A model generated the notes under the pieces. It was not told the origin of the DNA and made no database searches. It worked only from the letters and a program-made list of their open reading frames with translations. A stretch of 64,000 nt of DNA, taken from sequence record MN871444.1, one strand, 5' to 3'. Positions 26,434 through 37,078 of this stretch are shown piece by piece. The translations under genes and the position numbers were made by a program. The stretch's first letter is position 1; each line of letters starts with the position of its first letter.

Positions 26434-28821
26434 ATGAACCTCCAACATATCGCGGACATTGCATGGCAGTATCTTGGTACACAGCAGCTTAATGAACATC
26501 AGGCCGCGTATGGTATTTTGGCAGAAAATGGATTTAATAATCCGGCAGCGTATGCCTTGGTAGATACCTGGAATGAGCTGTATAACTTCTGGCGGGTGAC
26601 TCGTTCTCACGAGTTCATGAACAACGATGGCGCACTGCAAGAAAACGTTAACACCACTGTGATGATGTGTTTCTTGGCTCACCAGGTAGCGAAGTATGCT
26701 AATCTTCAGCAGACACTCAGCCAACAGGCCGCTGATACTTACAATCAATGGTTGGAATTATCCCGGCAGTTAGAAGCCGAGATGGATTCTTTCTATCGGC
26801 CTTCACAAGTTCGGAATTATCCGCCGCAGCCGGGTCAGTATCAGTACCAGCAGGCACCGCAGCAGAACTATGTTGATCCTCGTTTCCAGCGTAGTATGTC
26901 TCCGAGTCAGTTTGCCAATCGTCAGCAACCGGGTTATCAACAACCCATGTATGCGCAGCAACCCAACACATACCAGCAGGCGTATCAGCAACCGCATCAG
27001 CAGCCACCGGTGCAGCAAGCACCAGCATATCAGCGCCCGGTGTCCCAACCTGCGCAACAACAACCGTACGCGACCAATAACGGTAGATCGCACCATCGTT
27101 ACGGGTCGCCACAACAACCGGCACCACAACAGACCCATCAGCCACAACCCACTGGCCAGGCTACGGTGAGTCGTAAGTATGAATCAAAAACAGCTCAACC
27201 CGCACCGCAGAACCCACAGTACCCACAGTACCAACGTCCTCTGACCCCGCAGCAACAGCAAAATGCACAGCAGGCGCATGATAGCTGGCAGCTGGAAGTC
27301 TCTAGCGCCCCGACTGCCACGATGAAGGGTCGTGATTTGGCCGAAGCTCGGTATGGTGATGTGGCTGCGGGTAGTTGGGAAGACTCCCCGATCTCTGGGG
27401 ACCATTCGTTCGATGCCATGGCACCATTGTTCGAAGAACGCATCAGTTCTTCAAACGGCGGCGCCCGGCTGACCTACGTGGACGCCAAAGGTAAACCATT
27501 TACGATTGATGACTGGCGGAAAAAACCCGATCCGGATTTCCCATATGAACTCGGGTATGCGCCCCGCACCCATCGTCGGGTGATTGCCTGGGACCACAAA
27601 AAAGAATGTTATATTCAACTTGTAGAGGAGCACGGTCAAGTGGACTATGATGCACACAAACAACTCGAAGGCAGTGCTGTCGTACGTAAACGTACTCCGG
27701 CTGAACGCGAACGCAACCCGTTCGACCCGGCTGGAAGCAAAGTGACGACGCTCGGTGACGCCATCGAAAGACGCCAAGAAATTATCGACCGCAGAGTCGC
27801 CGCGGCTAAAGATGCCTGGGCAAAACAAGAAGCGGAAGCGGCTGCAGCAGCTGAGAACGGCAACGCTTACGTTGCTCCCGAACTGATCCCGGCAGCTGAA
27901 ATTGTCGAATCCACACCGCTCCCGGAAGAAACTCAGGAAGAGATTGATGTAGGTAGCGGCAGACTGACTGAAGGTGTATTGGATGCAGGCATTCTGAAAA
28001 ATGCATACATCAGCATCGAGCACGCCCTGTATGGTCTGCGCGCGGGTAATGTCCTGGCTGACCTCGACGATAACCAGGTAGCATCGACCGAATTTGTTTT
28101 TCATGAAGTGACGCCATTCATTCTGGACTGCGGTGACTATGATTTCGTCCGCAATCAATTGACTGAGCTGACTCCGGAGAGCAAAATCACCTCGCTGCTG
28201 GATATCGCCACCCACCTCAAAAAGATCGCCAAACTCGTCCCGCAGGAGCTGTGGACTAAATACAACGATCAGGCTACACGTTATATCAACAGCATTTTGG
28301 CCAACGAGCTGAATCTGGAAGGTGTCGACATCGATAACTTTGCTGAGGACCTGGCGGATCTTCCTGGGTATTTGAAATCTAAATATCCGGAAGCGCTGAC
28401 TGCACTGACCAATAACGGCGGTAAACTGTACCGTAACCTGATGTGCATTCTGCCGGCTACCACCATGGAGTCCTATGAGAAGATCTCTCGTAACCTCTAT
28501 GGCGATCAAACCGAACAGCTGAATGACCGTTCTGTATTCCTGAGCCGCAAAATTGCCGTGGCTAAGGTAAAAGCATCTACAGAACAGTTGGGCCTGTACA
28601 GTGAAAGCCGTTCCTGTGCGGTGACTGAAGAATCACATCCGGAACTGTGGTGGATGTTGAGTTGCATCCTGAAACGTAATGCAGCTCGCATCGAACGGGA
28701 TGAATTCGACGGTGCTGCTCAATATCTGGTAACTTCGGATAACGCCGTATTTACCATCCACGAAAACTGGCTCAACAAAGATGATACAACCATCATCATT
28801 CGCCGCCAGCATGTTCTTTAA
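26434..28821 (+). CDS. Conserved jumbo-phage protein with a Q/P/Y-rich low-complexity region
   Basis: 795 aa. Residues ~120-290 are dominated by Q, P and Y. Confidence 0.65.
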   Translation: MNLQHIADIAWQYLGTQQLNEHQAAYGILAENGFNNPAAYALVDTWNELYNFWRVTRSHEFMNNDGALQENVNTTVMMCFLAHQVAKYANLQQTLSQQAADTYNQWLELSRQLEAEMDSFYRPSQVRNYPPQPGQYQYQQAPQQNYVDPRFQRSMSPSQFANRQQPGYQQPMYAQQPNTYQQAYQQPHQQPPVQQAPAYQRPVSQPAQQQPYATNNGRSHHRYGSPQQPAPQQTHQPQPTGQATVSRKYESKTAQPAPQNPQYPQYQRPLTPQQQQNAQQAHDSWQLEVSSAPTATMKGRDLAEARYGDVAAGSWEDSPISGDHSFDAMAPLFEERISSSNGGARLTYVDAKGKPFTIDDWRKKPDPDFPYELGYAPRTHRRVIAWDHKKECYIQLVEEHGQVDYDAHKQLEGSAVVRKRTPAERERNPFDPAGSKVTTLGDAIERRQEIIDRRVAAAKDAWAKQEAEAAAAAENGNAYVAPELIPAAEIVESTPLPEETQEEIDVGSGRLTEGVLDAGILKNAYISIEHALYGLRAGNVLADLDDNQVASTEFVFHEVTPFILDCGDYDFVRNQLTELTPESKITSLLDIATHLKKIAKLVPQELWTKYNDQATRYINSILANELNLEGVDIDNFAEDLADLPGYLKSKYPEALTALTNNGGKLYRNLMCILPATTMESYEKISRNLYGDQTEQLNDRSVFLSRKIAVAKVKASTEQLGLYSESRSCAVTEESHPELWWMLSCILKRNAARIERDEFDGAAQYLVTSDNAVFTIHENWLNKDDTTIIIRRQHVL

Positions 28822-28826
28822 TCTAA

Positions 28827-28870
28827 CGGCATAAAGGGAGAGGCTTCGGCCTCTCCCTGTTTATGTTGCC
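28827..28870. terminator. Bidirectional terminator
   Basis: CGGCATAAA-GGGAGAGGC-TTCG-GCCTCTCCC-TGTTTATG, between convergent genes. Confidence 0.85.
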
Positions 28871-28884
28871 TTTTATTTTTTTCT

Positions 28885-31452
28885 TTATTCTCCCGGGAAG
28901 TTGAACCCACCCAAATCGTCGTCACCTTCGTTTGATTCAGAATCAGATCCAGGCTCTGTGTTATCATCGCCAAAGCTACCGAAATCAGAAGCACCGGTTT
29001 CTGGTGGGGTCTCGGGTTCCCCGCCGTGTTTGTCAGCGAGTTGTTTCATAACTTGCTGAACTACTGAAGAAATATTAGTCACTTTCTCCAGACGAGCAGC
29101 CATGAAATTGTAACCCGGGTTATCATCGTCATTTCCGATATTAACCAACTTATACAGTTCCGGCATGATGTTATTCTGAATCATCCAATCTACTGCATAG
29201 TTATTTCTGAATGCCTGATAAATAGCCGTCGCCTGCATTCCGGCTTCAGAACCCAGCGTTTCAGTGATAACCTGTTCGTTAATATACAGTGGCAAGGTGA
29301 CATCGAGCAATGCCAGGAAATCATTGACATCCTGCAATTGCGTTGCCAGACGAGCAGTATCCATGGTAGGTAGGGTAAGTTTCAGCGCACTAAGGTAACG
29401 TTCCATGATTTCGCTATAACGAACCACATCACCTTCACGATAATAATCTTTCAACTTATCCTTGTGGTTATCAACCACTTTCTTCATGCTCTCCAGCAAG
29501 AACCCATTTGATACCGTATAGATCTGTACCAGGTATTTCATTTGTTTCAGAAGTATTGCTTGCTTCTGAGCCGATCTCTTAGCCAGCAGCAAGTTACTTG
29601 AGAAAATGGTTGCCGCAAATTCAACACCTTGGGTCGCGTCAATAATCTCCGGCGGGATACCAATACCCATAAACATCATATTTTTGATATTCGTGGATAA
29701 CTCGTTATCCGGGCGAGCCAACGACGATGTTGTTTCTGTGGTCGTTAATTTCGTATTCGGATATTGAGGATGTCCTGAAATACTCCAGGTGATACCTGCT
29801 TTTTGCAACATATCCAACTGGGTTCTTGGATCTGTCACACCCAGCGGGAATGCAGAGTTTTGAGTTTTAGCAAACTCATGTTGGATGGTCTCAACGGTTT
29901 TCCACGGGTCTGGGTCTTGCTCATCAAGCAGGATTTCGTTTTCACGGCGTGGAATGCTGTTACGAATAGCACCCTGGACGTCGGCGAATAACAATAATGA
30001 CCGTAAAGCCCCGACTATTTTAGCATCCGATAATACGCTTTTACCCAATCCAGCATTAGTATAATCGAACGCAAAATACGCACATTGCTCTACCGGGATA
30101 TACACGATGTTGGTTCGCATATTTGCCAGCGAACGAGACAACATGATGGCATAAGCAGAACGTTCAACATCAGCCAACTCCACGTTCTCACCGTGCAGAC
30201 CGCGTTTCAAACGAACTAATAGTTCTTTCTTCATGAGCTGCCCGTATGCATGCAGCAGCTGAAGGCTGTCGTATTTATTCGCTTTTTCGTTTGGCCCGAA
30301 ATAGGTCTTTACGTTTTCCAGAATAGTGCCAGCTTGATTATTATAATTATCCATCGGACTTTGCATGTTCGAGGTTAATTGATTATAATAATCCTGGGAC
30401 GACACCCGAGTAACTGGATTTCCGTACTCATCAATTAATCCAAAATAACCCAAATGATCAGTGGGTGCCCCTGGACGATGAATCGGGATTAGTGATTCTG
30501 AGGGCCAACGGATTACCAGTGGATTTCCCTTACTTTCCCTTCCACCACCCCGTGAAGAAATGTTCACTACTGGAGTGGTGACCGACCCACGGCGTGCAAA
30601 CAGGGCGGAATCAAGCGCTTCCAGTTCTTTATCTCGTTGGGCGTCTTCAACCGAAATTTTACCATAAAGGCGGGTTTTTCGTAAGGCATCAGCCCGACGC
30701 TTATCGTGAAGTTTGGGAAGTTTGAGGTTGTCGAGGTTATCTAGAACCTGCAGGTGGTCATCAAACCAAACTCTAGCAGGTGCGTTATTTGATTCTGGAA
30801 TAAGGGAATAGGATTCTAGCGAGATTTTTGTAGATGCTGTATTCTTTTGCGCCTCTTCCGCATTAGTATAACCCGGGCCCAAAATACCTACTGATTTCAC
30901 GGTCATATCTGGGTTCAACACCGTTTGATATGATTCTAATGAAATGTCTGTTTTTTGGTTGATAATGCTATCCAGGCTAGATTCTGGAATAACAACCAAC
31001 GGGTAACTGCCGGTTTCAAATAACGCTTGCTCGCAGATAGGCAACAGCAAATCGTTAATTTTATAGTCCTGTGTGAAATGTTCCTTCATTACGTTGGTCA
31101 GTTCGCCAACGAGTTCTGGAGGAAGTTCGCACTTATCTGAGGCCCATCCTAATTCGAATGTGGTTAAATCCTTAGGAGCCACAATTAGGGACGTCATAAT
31201 TTCTTTTGCCAAACCTAGGTCAGGCAAAATTTGCATCAGGTTATTGGTATCGTCAATATCAGACGCTTGTAATTTACTGATACGTTCCAAACTACCATGA
31301 TCCGGGGCAATATCGGAACCTTGACTGGTTTGATTGGTTGAACCGTTACGCACCAAAGACGGGACCATTTTTGTTGCGATGGCCTGAGCCAGTTTATTTT
31401 CCCTAAAGAAAGGAATTCTGGCAAATTGGCTCGTCAATGTACTATTAGACAT
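28885..31452 (-). CDS. Portal protein (phiKZ gp129-like)
   Basis: 855 aa with two ISLES protease-type sites and an acidic C-tail. Size and divergent position next to the wedge gene match phiKZ-like portals. Confidence 0.7.
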   Translation of the reverse strand: MSNSTLTSQFARIPFFRENKLAQAIATKMVPSLVRNGSTNQTSQGSDIAPDHGSLERISKLQASDIDDTNNLMQILPDLGLAKEIMTSLIVAPKDLTTFELGWASDKCELPPELVGELTNVMKEHFTQDYKINDLLLPICEQALFETGSYPLVVIPESSLDSIINQKTDISLESYQTVLNPDMTVKSVGILGPGYTNAEEAQKNTASTKISLESYSLIPESNNAPARVWFDDHLQVLDNLDNLKLPKLHDKRRADALRKTRLYGKISVEDAQRDKELEALDSALFARRGSVTTPVVNISSRGGGRESKGNPLVIRWPSESLIPIHRPGAPTDHLGYFGLIDEYGNPVTRVSSQDYYNQLTSNMQSPMDNYNNQAGTILENVKTYFGPNEKANKYDSLQLLHAYGQLMKKELLVRLKRGLHGENVELADVERSAYAIMLSRSLANMRTNIVYIPVEQCAYFAFDYTNAGLGKSVLSDAKIVGALRSLLLFADVQGAIRNSIPRRENEILLDEQDPDPWKTVETIQHEFAKTQNSAFPLGVTDPRTQLDMLQKAGITWSISGHPQYPNTKLTTTETTSSLARPDNELSTNIKNMMFMGIGIPPEIIDATQGVEFAATIFSSNLLLAKRSAQKQAILLKQMKYLVQIYTVSNGFLLESMKKVVDNHKDKLKDYYREGDVVRYSEIMERYLSALKLTLPTMDTARLATQLQDVNDFLALLDVTLPLYINEQVITETLGSEAGMQATAIYQAFRNNYAVDWMIQNNIMPELYKLVNIGNDDDNPGYNFMAARLEKVTNISSVVQQVMKQLADKHGGEPETPPETGASDFGSFGDDNTEPGSDSESNEGDDDLGGFNFPGE

Positions 31453-31490
31453 AAGACAATAGCTCCTAAGGGTAATCGGAGGAATAACAC

Positions 31491-34169
31491 GTGTCCAGCA
31501 CTTATCAGGAACTCTATCGCCAAGACATTTTCACTCTGGTGAGAACCATGGTAGTGAAAAGCGTTGCTACGGCGGAGGCCATAAACTCTGAGTTAAGTGG
31601 AATGGGGTATGCGGTATCGTCAGATGAAACGACCTGGAAATACTACAAAAATATATCCGGGCAGTATCATTCTACAGACACCCTAATGCAAGTAACTTCT
31701 CTCGACAGTTTAGAGACCATTGATTTTACGGTAGAAAATTTAGCCATTAATGTGGCGACCAAAGAAGCCTACGCGTATGGGTCCAGTTATTATACTAACC
31801 TGGTTTCTCAATACCCTCTGCAAGAACAGTTAATACTGGGTATTCTTAATCCTGTCGACATTAATACAGCGATTGCTGCTGACGATAATGAAATTTTGTA
31901 TTACGACACCAATTTGGTTGAGTCCAATGAAACCAACCTAATTCCTACATTGCAGGCTTGGACAAAAGCATTCTTTCTGCGGTGGGCGCATCCGGTTTAT
32001 GAATTGGTCGATGACTTATATCGTCCGGGAGTGTTGGCGCTTTATTGGTCTAAACTACCCATACTGATTGAACTCATACGTTTGCGTAACTGTAAGACCA
32101 GATATGCCCATAGTTTTCATGTGTGGACGTATTTGGAATCTAACGGTCACCTGCGGGCATACAAAGATTACCTCACCACCAAGCAAGCGCTATGGTTGTA
32201 TCGCAATATTAATTACCTGCAGTTGAATGCGGGCAAGAAAGAAATTCAGTCGACCTTAATAGAACACATCATGACTGAACGAAATCTGCCAGTGGCGTCA
32301 TATGACCTGGCCCACGATATTACCGATTTTGAAGAACTGGAAGATTTACTGCCTGCGGTCACCATGCTGCGCTCGAGCAGAAATACCATAGATTCTACCA
32401 CGAACTCAAATGCCGGACAGACAGTCCAAGCTATTTTAAATAAGGAAATTAAATTAGCCAGAGATAATGGCAATACCCTCACGGATGATGAGGGGACTAT
32501 CACATCGGATATGCAAACCTCGGTCACAAGTCGTTTATCGACAAAGGTCCTGGAATCAAATATGCTCGTATCCGATGCGGGCGATGTTTATCCCTACGCT
32601 TCTGTCTTGTGGAACGAATGGCTACATAAAGGGGTGACTGGATACTACACAGCAAACATTCAAGTAAACAATCCGTCGACCGGCGACATTATGTCAATGA
32701 CCCCGGTAGACGCGTTTATCGTTTATTTGTATTGCTTCAATCGCAGTGTCGGTATTACGATGGATACCATTCCGGATGTTCCGGCATGGCGTGTCAGAAA
32801 AATACCTCTGCCGACGTTATCTGATTTACGTAAAGTGGTCGATAGTGATTATGTCGACGATGATAAACTACAATGGATATTAGATTCCAATGTGGTTATC
32901 ACCACCATGCCGTCACGTCAAAGCTTTTTCGATACGATGCTTGCGGTACATGATGCCCAGACAAACCAGTACTTCTATTATTCTGAGCATGAACATAAAA
33001 CAGTGTACGGTCAACTTGAATGCGCACTTAATGCGTGTTACGATACCGTGCTGTGTGTACTGGACCCCCAACACCGTACTTTCGAAGAATATTTTACGTT
33101 GAAAGGTTGGGCGTTAGATAATCTTAGTATTGATTATTACACAACCATCGCTGCCGATGTGTTGAAATACGCGACTGCTCAGGATTTAACCAACGCCAAA
33201 TCCGTTAAAGACATTCAAACCGCGATGCTGTCTTTGATGACCAAAATGTCGTCTTACTCTACGCAATGGCTGCAATCCATCAACGGCGATACCTTGAAGC
33301 TGTCGGATGGCGCTAACCATCGTTTTGGAGATGATGCCACCAGGTTATTCAGCCATACTTATTTAAAAGGCAGCATTCCTGAAATTATTGGCCTGAAAAC
33401 GGTGATTTATGACCGGGAAGAATTGGATATATTTGCCGATTCGAATATGGAGGATACTGCCTGGTTACAAATAAAGGACTATGCTGAGATAGACCCAGCC
33501 CCAGACATCACCTATGTTAGTCAGGGTTACGATTACAGCGCAGTTAGAAACCCAACACCTTATGCGAAATTACGTATACAGGACCTGGTGGAAAAGTTAC
33601 TTATTACCGATCTGCCCGGTTTAACGGTGACTCAATTGGAACCTATTGACCCAGATAATCCTGAAAACATCGATATTAACGATCTTATTCCGGTATCTGA
33701 TTTACCAGGGTTGGTTTACCCGTTAGCGTATCTCAACCCAGTTGATGAATTGTCAGGTCTGGTTATCCCGCTGTCAAGCATGATAACAAATACTGTTCTT
33801 GATGGTTTGGGTGTCTCGTTAAGCACCAGAATCACTGAGGTAGATCTCAACGGCCTTTCCGTGGCACTTAATTTGGAATTGCCGAACACGGTTCTCGATG
33901 GGTTGGGTTTAACCTTGGGTAGTCAAATCACCAAAACCGATTTGGATGGGTTGGACCTAGGCATCGCGTATTCCTTGGGCAACACTGTTTTGAATGGGTT
34001 AGGCATCTCCTTAGCCCAAGAACTGGCCACCACGGAACTCAATGGGTTAGGTATTTCTGTAGCAGCATCAATCACCGATGTCAACCTGGATGGCTTGGTG
34101 TTCCCAACGAATTACGGGGTGGGTAATGGACTTATTAATACAGTACTCAATGGTATCTTCATTCAATAA
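31491..34169 (+). CDS. Baseplate wedge-like virion protein with C-terminal 16/32-aa repeats
   Basis: GTG start with GGAGGA RBS. Conserved N-terminus WKYYKNISGQYH..DTLM.V.SLD. C-terminal xxxL[DN]GL repeats. Confidence 0.6.
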   Translation: MSSTYQELYRQDIFTLVRTMVVKSVATAEAINSELSGMGYAVSSDETTWKYYKNISGQYHSTDTLMQVTSLDSLETIDFTVENLAINVATKEAYAYGSSYYTNLVSQYPLQEQLILGILNPVDINTAIAADDNEILYYDTNLVESNETNLIPTLQAWTKAFFLRWAHPVYELVDDLYRPGVLALYWSKLPILIELIRLRNCKTRYAHSFHVWTYLESNGHLRAYKDYLTTKQALWLYRNINYLQLNAGKKEIQSTLIEHIMTERNLPVASYDLAHDITDFEELEDLLPAVTMLRSSRNTIDSTTNSNAGQTVQAILNKEIKLARDNGNTLTDDEGTITSDMQTSVTSRLSTKVLESNMLVSDAGDVYPYASVLWNEWLHKGVTGYYTANIQVNNPSTGDIMSMTPVDAFIVYLYCFNRSVGITMDTIPDVPAWRVRKIPLPTLSDLRKVVDSDYVDDDKLQWILDSNVVITTMPSRQSFFDTMLAVHDAQTNQYFYYSEHEHKTVYGQLECALNACYDTVLCVLDPQHRTFEEYFTLKGWALDNLSIDYYTTIAADVLKYATAQDLTNAKSVKDIQTAMLSLMTKMSSYSTQWLQSINGDTLKLSDGANHRFGDDATRLFSHTYLKGSIPEIIGLKTVIYDREELDIFADSNMEDTAWLQIKDYAEIDPAPDITYVSQGYDYSAVRNPTPYAKLRIQDLVEKLLITDLPGLTVTQLEPIDPDNPENIDINDLIPVSDLPGLVYPLAYLNPVDELSGLVIPLSSMITNTVLDGLGVSLSTRITEVDLNGLSVALNLELPNTVLDGLGLTLGSQITKTDLDGLDLGIAYSLGNTVLNGLGISLAQELATTELNGLGISVAASITDVNLDGLVFPTNYGVGNGLINTVLNGIFIQ

Positions 34170-34186
34170 CTTTGGAGGGCGAAGCC

Positions 34187-35119
34187 GTGGCTAATCCATA
34201 CGCATACCCCTCTAGGGTATTGGTGTATAGTCTAATCAATAACACCAACGGCACTCGTTATAACCCCACGGATGTAGTCATCACGAACATCCGTGAGGAC
34301 ACAACTACTACTGATTTCAGGGATACGAAAGCAGATGTCGTTGGGGTAACTGAAGAAGGGTTTTCAGGAACAATAACGGTGCGATATGCTCGTCTTGATG
34401 TGGCCGAAGTATTTGGGTTAGTCACTAATTTGGCGGTACGTTGGGAAGGTCAGACAAGCACGTTAGAGTTAATGGAATATATTAACTCGTTATACGGAAC
34501 TAAATTCAACGAAGAAGATGTCGTCATTGAGTATTTTAACCCGAATACTTTACCGACGACGGTTGTGGTAACGATGTCCCCCACATCACCCGCATGGAAA
34601 GGTACCCTGACCATTCAAGTGGTTCCTTTTAGTCAATCACTGGCCGCGGGGGTTGTCAACAGGACCGTGCAGCCATGGACTTATCCAACGGGGCAGGTCG
34701 TCAAGACCCAAGGACCATTATATCTTCGTCCGTATGATTTTGATTCCTATTGGGCTTTATTGCGCCCGCTTCAGGTTGGTGCACAAACGAACGCACTGTC
34801 TGAATCCATAGCGACGGTCATTAACGGGTTTGTTCCAGCGACACACGCATGGACTGTGTCCATGTTAGCTACATCACACAACCTGACTAGTGACGTGGAC
34901 GTCAATGGTTTGCCCGCTATTTACATCGTGTATGCTGGAGCCCCTATAGCTACATACACCCATAGACTGGGCGTTGACCGGATTATTGTGATACGCTTAT
35001 CAAATACTCTATGCACTGATGTGGCCGGGTATTTGGTTATGCATTTCAGTGAACAATCCGTTGATTTAGATACGGTATTCTCAGTCAAATCAATAGGTCA
35101 ACTTGAGGTGGGGTCATGA
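34187..35119 (+). CDS. Tail/baseplate adaptor protein (YxRxD module)
   Basis: VRYARLDV...INSLYGTKFNEEDV module. GTG 34187 (GGAGGG RBS) is preferred over 34172. Confidence 0.55.
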   Translation: MANPYAYPSRVLVYSLINNTNGTRYNPTDVVITNIREDTTTTDFRDTKADVVGVTEEGFSGTITVRYARLDVAEVFGLVTNLAVRWEGQTSTLELMEYINSLYGTKFNEEDVVIEYFNPNTLPTTVVVTMSPTSPAWKGTLTIQVVPFSQSLAAGVVNRTVQPWTYPTGQVVKTQGPLYLRPYDFDSYWALLRPLQVGAQTNALSESIATVINGFVPATHAWTVSMLATSHNLTSDVDVNGLPAIYIVYAGAPIATYTHRLGVDRIIVIRLSNTLCTDVAGYLVMHFSEQSVDLDTVFSVKSIGQLEVGS

Positions 35120-35562
35120 GTGGATACTCAGATATCATCGCAGCATTAAACGTAAAAAATGCAGCCACGCTGGCCCAACCCTTAACGACGACGAATGTTG
35201 CACTGGGGACGATGGAATCCATCAATACCGCGGTCAGTAGTTATAACACTCGAGCCCCGTTAACCCCTACGGTTGATGGTGGTTTTACTGGGGGTGGGGC
35301 ATACATAGCCTGGCGAAGGATTGACTTTGGTACGTTATTCAAAGGAATCCCAATCACCATTAAAGATAGTGTCAGCACGACAGTAGCTGGACTAATACCC
35401 AAATTGAATGAGATGTACGGGTACACCATCGGCACCGATGATGTGGTTAACAATCTATTGCCCTCCCCTACCGCGGGACAATCTGCGGTAGTAACCATTA
35501 CTGCATCCAGTACATCAAACAAATTTGTGGGTAGCTTCACCATCACCTACCGTAAAAGTTAA
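35116..35562 (+). CDS. Tail/baseplate adaptor protein (single module)
   Basis: AWRRIDF...LNEMYGYTIGTDDV...KFVGSF, the same module as 34187. Confidence 0.55.
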   Translation: MSGYSDIIAALNVKNAATLAQPLTTTNVALGTMESINTAVSSYNTRAPLTPTVDGGFTGGGAYIAWRRIDFGTLFKGIPITIKDSVSTTVAGLIPKLNEMYGYTIGTDDVVNNLLPSPTAGQSAVVTITASSTSNKFVGSFTITYRKS

Positions 35563-35566
35563 CGTG

Positions 35567-35593
35567 GGGATGATATCATTTAGATATCATCCC
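35567..35593. other. Perfect 11-bp inverted repeat
   Basis: GGGATGATATC-ATTTA-GATATCATCCC, just upstream of an RBS. Confidence 0.5.
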
Positions 35594-35619
35594 TAATTAA
35601 TAAAGGATTGGCAAATATC

Positions 35620-36480
35620 ATGGCTAAAGCAATTCAGCGTACGGTACTGGCAGCATCACTGTCTACCGCCAAAATTCTGGGCTTAGCGTACCCACTGGTA
35701 CCTAATACCACCCTAAACGAAAAGTTATCCATTCAGTCAGGGATAACCAGTTCCGATAGTACAGTCACACCCACTTTAAAATACTGGGTTATCGGTGATG
35801 GTGGCCACAACATCACCTCTAACGGCTCGAGCCAACCGTACGTTACACCGGTTCAACATCGCCCTTCTGATTTCGGTTTATTTAATCAGGTTCCATTTGT
35901 GTTACGGCTACCGGCGGATGACTTGACCGCGGCGCAGCAAGCTAACTATGGGTTACGTCGACTCGAAACCCACAGCGGTACCCAATACGTCGCCTATTAC
36001 GCTAAACGTCTGGATACTAGCACCACTGCAGTAACTTTACATAAAACGGTTATTGTTGATGGGGTATCCACCACTACGACGTTCGTCCCGGATGAATCGA
36101 ATCTCAATCCAACAAAACCGGTAGTGACCAGCACCACGACCACCACAGCGAACGGTACTTATCTGTCGGCATCAGCACCTCTGACCATCACGTTCAGTGA
36201 GTTTGATGCGACCGAATTCCTGAATGTCGCCAAGATTCTTTACGGCGATGAAAACACAGCGGCGATTTCTGAGATTGCGCTGGTGACTGGTATTGACCTG
36301 TCGGTACCGCTGACCAACTCCAGTTCCACAGCCAGCACCTTCAACGAAATCATCATGGCGCAAATCTATACGCACTTCAGCGCATACTACGCCGTTGCAT
36401 TTGCCGAGCAAGGTTTTGAATTCACGGTTGATGTCGGCCATACTGAACCACTTGCAGCTGAGGGTAATGTGAGTGCCTAA
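35620..36480 (+). CDS. Conserved phiKZ-like virion (baseplate) protein
   Basis: NTTLNEKLSI...LKYWVIGDGGH...PFVLR...YVAYYAKRLD. ATG 35620 is preferred over TTG 35608. Confidence 0.55.
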   Translation: MAKAIQRTVLAASLSTAKILGLAYPLVPNTTLNEKLSIQSGITSSDSTVTPTLKYWVIGDGGHNITSNGSSQPYVTPVQHRPSDFGLFNQVPFVLRLPADDLTAAQQANYGLRRLETHSGTQYVAYYAKRLDTSTTAVTLHKTVIVDGVSTTTTFVPDESNLNPTKPVVTSTTTTTANGTYLSASAPLTITFSEFDATEFLNVAKILYGDENTAAISEIALVTGIDLSVPLTNSSSTASTFNEIIMAQIYTHFSAYYAVAFAEQGFEFTVDVGHTEPLAAEGNVSA

Positions 36481-37078
36481 CTATATTCCTTATCACGTCA
36501 TTGTGAATGAGGAATGGGCGTCCACATACCGCATCGCGGCGATTGACCCAGGGAGTGATACCCTGGGTTTTACTATTATTGATATTGACCTTCGTACCGG
36601 GAAAATCATCGTAGTTTATTCTGATACGTATGAGGCCTCTCGACAGTTACGTTACCTTAACCCACAGTACGTTGAGGCCGTGGGTAATATGCGCGCCCGG
36701 TTTGAGTGCCACGAACGTACACTGGTCAATCTCTTCAATCAGTTTAAACCGCATAGCGTTATTGCAGAATCCGCATTCCTAAAAAAGCGATTTCCGCATA
36801 GCTTTGAATCCTTGACCATCGGTCTTGAGATGATACGTCGTGCACTTTATCAATACAACCCAACGCTTAAATTAAAGACTGTAGAACCTACCGCAGCAAA
36901 AAAAGTCGTTATATTAAAAGGCGATCCTTTTAATGATAAAGAATCTGTACGTCGCGGCGTTTTAGCTTATCCTGAACTCCAATGGGAAATAGACTCGGCC
37001 CAGTTAGATGAGCACGCTTTTGACTCCGTTGCAATTGGTATTTATGAGGCGTTGTCCATCATCGGGGAGTTTGTATGA
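36473..37078 (+). CDS. ruvC: RuvC-like Holliday junction resolvase
   Basis: IAAIDPGSDTLG, VIAES and DEHAFDSVAIG catalytic motifs. Confidence 0.8.
   Translation: MPNYIPYHVIVNEEWASTYRIAAIDPGSDTLGFTIIDIDLRTGKIIVVYSDTYEASRQLRYLNPQYVEAVGNMRARFECHERTLVNLFNQFKPHSVIAESAFLKKRFPHSFESLTIGLEMIRRALYQYNPTLKLKTVEPTAAKKVVILKGDPFNDKESVRRGVLAYPELQWEIDSAQLDEHAFDSVAIGIYEALSIIGEFV

Noticed and set aside
27451-28509. 352-aa minus-strand ORF
   Set aside because: Antisense shadow of 26434..28821.
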